From contig CBDAVN010000015.1 in assembly GCA_965200905.1 (NCBI GenBank), positions 112,332 to 136,331 of the forward strand: 24,000 bases of DNA, in the 5' to 3' direction. Numbering within the stretch: position 1 is the first letter of the stretch; each line of letters begins with the position of its first letter. The stretch comes from Psychrosphaera sp. (lineage in GTDB: Bacteria > Pseudomonadota > Gammaproteobacteria > Enterobacterales > Alteromonadaceae). The notes beneath the pieces are model-generated. The model worked only from the letters and a program-made list of their open reading frames with translations, ran no database searches and was not told the origin of the DNA. Below are positions 18,238 to 24,000 of the stretch, piece after piece. The translations under genes and the position numbers were made by a program.

Positions 18238-18330
18238 TATTACTCTAGCCAATGTAATACTGTGAACTAAGCTTTAGTACTACCTAATGTTTAACTAAGA
18301 ACACGCTTAAGCTTTTTTTGTTAATAATAA

Positions 18331-18350
18331 ATATATCAATATTGATATAT
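18331..18350. repeat. Perfect 20-bp palindrome ATATATCAATATTGATATAT
   Basis: Verified by reverse-complementing by eye. It lies about 95 bp downstream of the luxI-family stop in non-coding DNA. Confidence 0.7.
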
Positions 18351-18551
18351 CAGTTAATTACAAATTATGAAGAGAGAACTTTTCCTAGGATAATAAAGCT
18401 TAGTAATCAGATGAAATATGCCCAGCCTTAATGCCAAAATGAAGAAAGCCGCATACCGCTACCACAGAGTGTTATTACTAATTAATCATCAGCAAACTAG
18501 ACATTCACCCAGAATGCATAAACTCCCCCCATACTAGACAGTTAACATATG

Positions 18552-19064
18552 GAAAACATTTAGACATCCCCATGAATGCTAGTATTGCGATAAAATACAT
18601 GGATGTTTTTACAATCACTATGAGGTTAGGAGGCGGAACATAAATGTCTGGAACATTTATCAACAGCTTCAGCTGGCCGCTTGCGGTGAAATACATGGAC
18701 GTATTTCATAATCGAACAGAGCGAAGCTCAGTGAGGTTGCCTTAGTCTCCATTTTACTCCCCCAACGAAAGTACAGGGAATACAGATCTACACAGAAAAA
18801 CTTAAAATAAGAAATTAACTTTGAGAATAAAATATTTGGGGAATTAAATGGTGCCTCGAGGCGGACAAATATTTCTGGAAAATATTTGGACATCCGTACG
18901 GATGGTCGCGAAGCGATAAACGACATGGACGTTGTTTACAATCTATAATGAGAGACGCGGAGAGGCATCTTTACTTCCCATAATTCGCGTACAACAAAAA
19001 CGGTCAGAACAATATTTAAACTTATTTTCAACTATGGAAATTTTAGACTAATTTAGGAAGTAAA
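18552..19064. repeat. Degenerate tandem repeat region: three diverged copies of a unit that begins (tRNA orientation) with the 3' end of tRNA-Phe
   Basis: Unit 18857-19073 aligns by eye with 18628-18856: gaggcggacaaatatttctggaaaatattt vs gaggcggaacataaatgtctggaacattta; ..gcgataaacgacatggacgttgtttacaatc vs ..gcggtgaaatacatggacgtatttcataatc; both end in ..taaatggtgcctc. A shorter third copy lies at about 18552-18627. The conserved roughly 30-bp cores are at 18587-18616, 18683-18713 and 18913-18943. Confidence 0.7.
18849..18865 (-). repeat. 17-nt copy of the tRNA-Phe 3' end (TCCGCCTCGAGGCACCA on the minus strand); att-type direct repeat
   Basis: It is identical to the last 17 nt of the longer fragment at 19065-19110, and the flanking AAA is also shared. 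No tRNA body is present upstream of it. Confidence 0.7.
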
Positions 19065-19110
19065 TGGTGCCTCGAGGCGGAATCGAACCACCGACACGGG
19101 GATTTTCAAT
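19065..19110 (-). pseudogene. Truncated tRNA-Phe (3' 46 nt: anticodon loop GAA through CCA); likely island-distal att direct repeat
   Basis: The minus strand reads ATTGAAAATCCCCGTGTCGGTGGTTCGATTCCGCCTCGAGGCACCA. The first 18 nt and the T-loop are identical to E. coli tRNA-Phe (..GGGGATTGAAAATCCCCGTGTC..GGTTCGATTCC..CACCA). The sequence 5' of it (gggagta) does not continue the anticodon stem, D-arm or acceptor stem. Confidence 0.8.
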
Positions 19111-19479
19111 TACTCCCGATAACAGTAAAAGTATGCATTATCTGTGTGTATTTTCGAATGAACGTTGAATAGCGTACCGTTTCTAGCCCTACGTGACTTT
19201 TCAATAGGTCGTATTAGAGTTGATAAATTTACAAAATATCCCAAGCGTTTTAGTGATACAAAGTTGACTCCTAACTGCACTACTTTCAACCCTGCTGGAA
19301 TATCTCCATAAATTGAAATTACATCCATCACTGTTCAAACAGCTTCTAAAATTCCTAATATTTCATTTTAGGAATAATTAGGAATGAAAGGTTTAGTTTA
19401 CTCGGGATTGTGCTTGACGTGCTGACTCAGCCGGTTACATTAATAAATGTGCTCCTTTTTATTTTTTAAGGAGTAAACC

Positions 19480-19677
19480 ATGATTTTATTAGCTGCGTGT
19501 TTTGTTTTTGCTTTCCTTGCCATTTTTGTTCAAATATTCATCAAAAGAACTAAACATAAAGAGCTGTTGCTCAAAGGCTTTCTTCGTATGAGTTTTATTT
19601 CATTATGTGCCTTTATATTATTAAAGGCACAATTTATGAGTGTCATTCTCGATTTAGCTAAAATTTTAACTCGCTAA
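19480..19677 (+). CDS. Small hydrophobic protein (65 aa, two predicted TM helices)
   Basis: A strong AAGGAG lies 6 nt before the ATG. A plausible sigma70 promoter is present (TTGACG 19414-19419, 16-nt spacer, TACATT). Sequence is MILLAACFVFAFLAIFVQIFI..SFISLCAFILLKAQFMSVIL. No homology was recognised. Confidence 0.5.
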   Translation: MILLAACFVFAFLAIFVQIFIKRTKHKELLLKGFLRMSFISLCAFILLKAQFMSVILDLAKILTR

Positions 19678-19704
19678 TTTCCTTTTATAAGCTCTGAAGC
19701 TACT

Positions 19705-20451
19705 TTACGTTCCAGGAATCAATAAAGGATGTGGGAAAAATCGGTTCATCAACAAATCTACTCGGCGCTTTAATTTTACATATTTAGAATAAACGCTAGG
19801 ATTACCATAATTTTCCTTTAAGAGTTCATCAACATACCTTGAAATTTGATTTAATTTTTCAACACTTTCATGGGATATAAAATTCATTTCGTCTACGCGA
19901 GAATGTTGCTCAAGGGCATCCCCTATTCTTGTTAAACAATCAACTCCCCAAAAACCATCTTGGTAATCATGATAAGCCATTGATGGTAAAGAATTTGAAG
20001 CACTTCGTAAGTGAGTCACGACATCTCGACTAAAAACAACTCTAGGCCAGTCAGCATACTTACTTTCTAGCTGGTAAGCCTCAATCATTGCTTTCCCGAA
20101 AACATTACTTTCTTTATGAAATAGTTCTCCGTATGAGATCCCCCCTCTCAAGCTTATTCTGTGTTCCAAAAATACATCTTCTAGCATTTTAACTGTTGCA
20201 GCTACCAACATATTCAAAGATTTAACAACATCCTCTTCCTTTGCTTCTATAGAAAAAACAATACAATCGCTGAAAGTAGTAGCTTTAGGCTCATATCCTA
20301 TTTCTCTTAATAGCTGTTTGTTATTCATTAGCTCTTGTCGTACTGAGTTAACGATATTTAGCACGAGGTGCCCTTTTTCACTTAGAACCAAATTGCTAAA
20401 GCCTAGAATATCTAAAAATAAACAAAGGTTTTTGGTGTACTTTGTATCCAT
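19705..20451 (-). CDS. Minimal class III nucleotidyl-cyclase-fold (cyclase-homology/GGDEF-palm-like) protein
   Basis: 248 aa. The motif order matches class III cyclases. LCLFLDILGFSNL corresponds to FxDIxGFT (first metal Asp, D14). TTFSDCIVFSI corresponds to KxIGDxxMxxF (second Asp, D62). ISLRGGISYGELF corresponds to lRiGihtGpv. NVFGKAMIEAYQLES corresponds to dvxGxxVNxAaRlES. The start lies 7 nt after the upstream gene's stop. Confidence 0.65.
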   Translation of the reverse strand: MDTKYTKNLCLFLDILGFSNLVLSEKGHLVLNIVNSVRQELMNNKQLLREIGYEPKATTFSDCIVFSIEAKEEDVVKSLNMLVAATVKMLEDVFLEHRISLRGGISYGELFHKESNVFGKAMIEAYQLESKYADWPRVVFSRDVVTHLRSASNSLPSMAYHDYQDGFWGVDCLTRIGDALEQHSRVDEMNFISHESVEKLNQISRYVDELLKENYGNPSVYSKYVKLKRRVDLLMNRFFPHPLLIPGT

Positions 20452-20458
20452 CTATTAA

Positions 20459-21166
20459 CTACTTCTTATATCTTTCAAATATTTTATTAATGATCACAGA
20501 AACAATTTCATAATCACCAACAGCGCCACCATGTAAACAGTTGGAGCCATGAGCCATTATATTTCTAGATCCCGGTAATGTTTCGCACAATACATCTAAA
20601 TAATTGTAATCATATTGAACGCCAGCATAATCTATCTCTGCTTCATCCCACTCGTATGATGATATGTTCTCTTCACTCATTTTTTTTGAAACGTAAAAGC
20701 GATATTCCCTTTCAGCTTTTCGAGCTCTTCCGTCTCGCCATACTTTGAAATCTTCATTCCTGATCAAGTTATGTTCAGAAATATATGCTAAGTTCAGCTT
20801 TAATCCCCTTGAAAATCGCCCAGTTCCTTTCGGTAACTGCTTATTCTTATTTTTGCGATAATTCTCTAGCTCTACAATACCAATGCACTCACGAATTGCT
20901 TGCTCAAGCGTTACAAACAATTGATGTTGTGCTACAGGAAAAAACCTATAAACATAAAACGCGTGTAGGAATAAATTTCGAGCTGTATCAAATTGAATAA
21001 CTAACTCTTCTGGGACATGAGAACCCAACTCATACTTGGCTATCGCTTGATGAAATTGCTCAATCCCAGTGTCACCAAATTCAATATTGCGCACATCGGG
21101 TAACAAAATATTTGACGGTGTTCTAAAGGCCTCAGCTGGAAACTCATCAATGTTTAATTTATTCAT
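20459..21166 (-). CDS. Stand-alone HEPN-like protein (Rx4H motif)
   Basis: The ORF track starts at TTG 21199. I prefer ATG 21166 (MNKLNIDEF, GGAA 6 nt upstream; 235 aa). The motif LPGSRNIMAHGSN (R-N-x3-H) sits about 35 residues from the C-terminus. It is preceded by long helices (VPEELVIQFDTARNLFLHAFYVYRFFPVAQHQLFVTLEQAIRE), as in HEPN/DUF4145/Abi-type four-helix bundles. I saw no CARF, SAVED or cNMP-binding motif. Confidence 0.55.
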   Translation of the reverse strand: MNKLNIDEFPAEAFRTPSNILLPDVRNIEFGDTGIEQFHQAIAKYELGSHVPEELVIQFDTARNLFLHAFYVYRFFPVAQHQLFVTLEQAIRECIGIVELENYRKNKNKQLPKGTGRFSRGLKLNLAYISEHNLIRNEDFKVWRDGRARKAEREYRFYVSKKMSEENISSYEWDEAEIDYAGVQYDYNYLDVLCETLPGSRNIMAHGSNCLHGGAVGDYEIVSVIINKIFERYKK

Positions 21167-21306
21167 TATTATTTCCATTCCTTGAGTTCGAAGAGCCAAA
21201 TCAATGTTGCTCTACTCTCAATTCGATTGACATTAACCATATCGATTCTCTTATAAAGGATTAATATCTAATACAAATCCTCACTCCTCTCGTACAATAA
21301 GGCTCT

Positions 21307-23052
21307 TCAATCTCGCTCAGGCGGCTTTTGTTTACATGAATATCTGCTGTAAAGAGTAGGTATAAAACCTAAACTTAAATCTGAATACTTCAATGATTTT
21401 CTTAACTTATCATGCGTCAGTTTAAGCTCATATTTAGCCATTAAAGGTAAACTTTCCAGTGTTGGGGGAGATTTCCTTTGATCATATAAAACCCACATTT
21501 TAACATTGTAATCTTGCCCTGAAACATCTGAGATATCTTCTTTTATATGCTCAAGAACATCGTCTCTTTTGCTGTGCTTTGATTGTTGAACAAAGTCTCG
21601 AATATCCTCTAGAAAAACATCATCTGATAAAAAAAACTCACAATAAAATCGAGCTTGAGAGAACAAGTAATTGATAGAATCTGAATAACCATTTTTTTTA
21701 ACATGGATAATATTGCCTTTTTTATCATCAGACATTTCAAAAATATCACAGAACTCTTTGTTTTTATTACCAGTACCTATTCTTAACTTTGCTTGATCGA
21801 ATAAGATCGCATTATCATTCAAAGCACAATATTTGGTATTAAAAAGCTCTTCTCTATTTTGCTTTCTACTTGTGCAAAATATATCAAGCCCATGATATCT
21901 CGTATCTACGGCTTCAACCTTAATTTGATTTTCAACAAAATCTGATACTTGCTTATAAAAGTCGGGATCAACTTTTCTCCACTCTCCAGAAGTTAATATA
22001 TAACAGTCATCTTTTAACTCTATTTCAGCAACTAAACAGTCATATATACACCATTTACGATGATGTAAAATCTGACCTTCTTCATGAGAGTATGCATAAA
22101 CATATTTTTTAGTTATATCTGCAAGTTTAATATCGGAGATATTTCGCTTTACTTCTTCTTTTAAATCTTGCACTCGAATGTGGGAGATAATGTTATTTTC
22201 TTTTTTAGGATAATTTGTATAGGTGAAGCTAAACTCATCATCAGGTATGAATTCAGGAATAGATAAGTGTATTTTTGCATAACTTTCGCTTCGAATTAGC
22301 TTTAATAATTCTTCGTCTAGTTCAGAAACTTTCTCTTCGGGTACAGCTGTTAGATTAGGGTAATTAGGAAACCACTTTTTATAATCCTCGCTTCTATAAG
22401 CAAGCAAACTATTAGAAATAAAATCTAACAGCTTATCCCACGTAAATTTATCAGAACCAAGCGCTTTCACAGTAAGACAATCCTTTCCTTGTAAAGTAAT
22501 ATTTGAGTTTGAATTTAAGTGAGCAGATATATATTGAAGCAACTCAGTTTCTGACATCCCTAAATCGAATACTTCAGAAGGCCGACTAAGTTGTCGATCT
22601 ATCATTTGCGAAGTCGAAGCTCGTATAGCACTCTTTGCTTGTCTGACTTCTTCATTTCCACAGAGGTTCATTGCTACTTTGATGCCAAAATCAGACTCCA
22701 TTTGTTTTTTCTTAATCCAAGAACTTCCTCTAGTGCCAAATGCAGCCGCGCAAACTCTGGAGCCTAAATTTATTAATAGTAGTCCACTGCCCCTTTCAGA
22801 AGATGTATTAAAGTTAACTTCTTCTTCACTTGATAGTGACTCATTAACAAAATCCAACCATGGTGGATTATCATGAGAGTTAATGAAAACCTTCTGACAA
22901 AAAAATTTAATATTAAACTGGTTCACAGAAAAGTGTCTGATCTTAAAAGATCCAGTTTCGACACTTGGGATTTTTTCCACATCTACAACATCATCAAAAC
23001 CTTTACCATCTTTTGAAAGGTATATAGTTACCTTACCTAGACAAAATTCCAC
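21307..23052 (-). CDS. TIGR04141/DUF6119-like 'sporadically distributed' protein with C-terminal PD-(D/E)xK-like motif
   Basis: 581 aa with a GTG start at 23052 and GGAAG 7 nt upstream. My recollection of the family features: short N-terminal beta-rich region (KVTIYLSK..F.D), AAAFGTRGSSWI...DFGIKVAMN block, central CYILTSGEWRKVDPDFYKQV block, and C-terminal EFCDIFEMS...GNIIHVKK...INYLFSQARF (D..(E/H)xK nuclease-like followed by a conserved helix). Confidence 0.6.
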   Translation of the reverse strand: MEFCLGKVTIYLSKDGKGFDDVVDVEKIPSVETGSFKIRHFSVNQFNIKFFCQKVFINSHDNPPWLDFVNESLSSEEEVNFNTSSERGSGLLLINLGSRVCAAAFGTRGSSWIKKKQMESDFGIKVAMNLCGNEEVRQAKSAIRASTSQMIDRQLSRPSEVFDLGMSETELLQYISAHLNSNSNITLQGKDCLTVKALGSDKFTWDKLLDFISNSLLAYRSEDYKKWFPNYPNLTAVPEEKVSELDEELLKLIRSESYAKIHLSIPEFIPDDEFSFTYTNYPKKENNIISHIRVQDLKEEVKRNISDIKLADITKKYVYAYSHEEGQILHHRKWCIYDCLVAEIELKDDCYILTSGEWRKVDPDFYKQVSDFVENQIKVEAVDTRYHGLDIFCTSRKQNREELFNTKYCALNDNAILFDQAKLRIGTGNKNKEFCDIFEMSDDKKGNIIHVKKNGYSDSINYLFSQARFYCEFFLSDDVFLEDIRDFVQQSKHSKRDDVLEHIKEDISDVSGQDYNVKMWVLYDQRKSPPTLESLPLMAKYELKLTHDKLRKSLKYSDLSLGFIPTLYSRYSCKQKPPERD

Positions 23053-23314
23053 AATGCACTTCCAAAGTTAACTAAAAATCACTTTACCACTAATAAAAAG
23101 AAAAATTTAAGAATAGCTATGAAGCTTTTTATAGCTCAACTAATTATCGCTTTCTGATCTAATTGTTAGATAAAGATACATTTTTTAATTATTCATCAAA
23201 CTCAAGCTCTTATTCAAATTTAAACGACAAACTAGTTGATTAGGCTCAATATATGTGCAAAATAAATCACTTTACTACAGAGCGTACTAGGCTATTTAAG
23301 ATCGATTAAAATTT

Positions 23315-23785
23315 ATGAGTAGTATCCCTCATCTGTCTAACTTATATAACGATGGTTGGTGGGGATTCATTGTTATTGTAATAATGATTATTCTTTCAGG
23401 AGTAATGTTATCGAATAGCTTTCAAATCCCGCAATCAACGAATCAGAAACTAGTCGTTAACTTAAAAATACTTAAGCTACAAGCAACTGGTAGTGAAGTC
23501 GTGCTTGGTCTGGTTATATATCTGCTCGTAACTTTTTTAACAGGTTTATTCGGTGGCAAAGAACTGACTACATTTATAAATTGCCAATTTGGCCTTACAT
23601 TCTCTCAGTTCAATTCAATATGTATTTTAGGTGGAGTGTTATCTTTAATTGTAAGTGCAGTTGTTTTTTTTATTAAAAACCTACCTGTAATTAGAGACAG
23701 CAAGAACCTCAACAACCAAGAACTCTATGAAGCTCAATTAAAAAAATTATCAGCCTCCAGATCCCAAGGAGAAAAACGTGAATAA
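23315..23785 (+). CDS. Membrane protein, about 3 TM helices with a charged C-terminal tail
   Basis: 156 aa. Hydrophobic segments are WWGFIVIVIMIILSGVMLS, VVLGLVIYLLVTFLTGLFGG and ICILGGVLSLIVSAVVFFI. The RBS is weak. The stop overlaps the start of the downstream ATPase gene. Confidence 0.5.
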   Translation: MSSIPHLSNLYNDGWWGFIVIVIMIILSGVMLSNSFQIPQSTNQKLVVNLKILKLQATGSEVVLGLVIYLLVTFLTGLFGGKELTTFINCQFGLTFSQFNSICILGGVLSLIVSAVVFFIKNLPVIRDSKNLNNQELYEAQLKKLSASRSQGEKRE

Positions 23786-24000
23786 AGGTACTTCTTGTCA
23801 AACTATGGCTATAGTCAGTGGTAAAGGGGGCAGTGGTAAAACAATGCTGACAGCCACTTTAGCAAAGATTTTGGATAGTCAGGGTTACTCTACATTGCTT
23901 GTGGATGCAGATTTTGGAACTGCAGGACTAACTTATTTTTTGGGCTTAAATGAAGTAAATAATATCAGTGTTGGTCTAACTAATATTTTTTCCAGTGACG
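23778..24000 (+). CDS. MinD/ParA-type (deviant Walker A) P-loop ATPase, N-terminal fragment; continues past the right edge
   Basis: Absent from the ORF track because it runs off the window. GTG at 23778 has AAGGAG 6 nt upstream and overlaps the previous gene by 8 nt (in-frame ATG at 23805 as alternative). Translation: VNKGTSCQTMAIVSGKGGSGKTMLTATLAKILDSQGYSTLLVDADFGTAGLTYFLGLNE.., i.e. KGGxGKT plus the hhhDaD Walker A' of the MinD/ParA/FlhG clade. Confidence 0.75.
   Translation, partial: MNKGTSCQTMAIVSGKGGSGKTMLTATLAKILDSQGYSTLLVDADFGTAGLTYFLGLNEVNNISVGLTNIFSSD

Noticed and set aside
18296-18320. GCTTAAGC followed by a T7 run downstream of luxI as an intrinsic terminator
   Set aside because: GCTTAAGC is a loop-less palindrome that cannot form a stable hairpin, and no adequate GC-rich stem precedes the T-run. 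It is not called as a terminator.
18505-18926. ORFs 18505-18696 (-) and 18669-18926 (-)
   Set aside because: They run straight through the degenerate tandem repeats and the 17-nt tRNA fragment, overlap each other, and lack RBSs. They are most likely fortuitous open frames in decayed non-coding DNA.
18587-18943. A roughly 30-bp motif repeated three times (GCGATAAA..ACATGGAyGT..TTACAATC), which could suggest a tiny CRISPR array
   Set aside because: The copies are only about 70-80% identical. Spacing is irregular (96 and 230 bp). The inter-repeat DNA is itself homologous between units, so these are tandem duplications rather than spacers. No cas genes or leader are present.
19035-19140. Possible intact tRNA-Phe gene on the minus strand
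   Set aside because: Only the 3' 46 nt match a tRNA. The sequence 5' of the anticodon loop (…ttatcgggagta) cannot form the anticodon stem, D-arm or acceptor stem, so this is a fragment.
19110-19331. 73-aa ORF on the minus strand abutting the tRNA-Phe fragment; I considered an integrase remnant
   Set aside because: I could recognise no tyrosine-recombinase motifs (no R..HxxR..Y pattern) and no RBS. By standard geometry the integrase is expected at the other end of the island. It is left unannotated rather than called.
19705-21166. Calling the cyclase-fold gene and its neighbour a canonical Pycsar system
   Set aside because: Pycsar effectors carry a cyclic-nucleotide-binding domain fused to TM or TIR modules. 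I see no FGE...R(S/T)A-type cNMP-binding motif in the 235-aa neighbour, the 65-aa ORF or the 581-aa protein, so the canonical label is not supported.
21190-21308. 8-bp inverted repeat GAAGAGCC / GGCTCTTC bracketing the intergenic region between the DUF6119-like and HEPN-like genes
   Set aside because: The arms are only 8 bp, lie about 100 bp apart and overlap coding ends. This is within chance expectation, and there is no supporting evidence for a mobile or structural element.

Overview
The window has three parts, and all calls come from reading the sequence and the ORF track; no searches were run.

(1) Bases 1-18240 hold a non-ribosomal peptide (NRPS) biosynthetic cluster linked to quorum sensing. 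Two NRPS genes lie on the minus strand; the first runs off the left edge and is missing from the ORF track. A divergent plus-strand operon encodes a diaminobutyrate-type aminotransferase, an MMPL/RND exporter, a LolA-like periplasmic protein, an MFS pump, a JmjC/cupin oxygenase and a probable outer-membrane barrel. These are followed by a type II thioesterase, a LuxR-family receptor, an unrecognisable 297-307 aa protein and a LuxI-family AHL synthase. I found four lux-box-like dyads, all in promoter regions of this cluster.

(2) Bases 18550-19110 are a gene-free stretch of degenerate tandem repeats. The repeats end in truncated 3' pieces of a tRNA-Phe gene (17 nt and 46 nt), which look like attachment-site scars.

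(3) From 19111 to the right edge the DNA is visibly more AT-rich and looks like an island integrated at tRNA-Phe. It carries defence-like cargo: a TIGR04141/DUF6119-like protein with a PD-(D/E)xK-like motif, and a tightly coupled pair made of a stand-alone HEPN-motif protein and a minimal class III cyclase-fold protein. It also carries a small membrane protein, and a 3-TM protein translationally coupled to a MinD/ParA-type ATPase that runs off the right edge.

The cyclase-fold/HEPN pair, with its DUF6119-like neighbour, is my best candidate for an undescribed system. No CRISPR array, rRNA, intact tRNA or transposase was seen.
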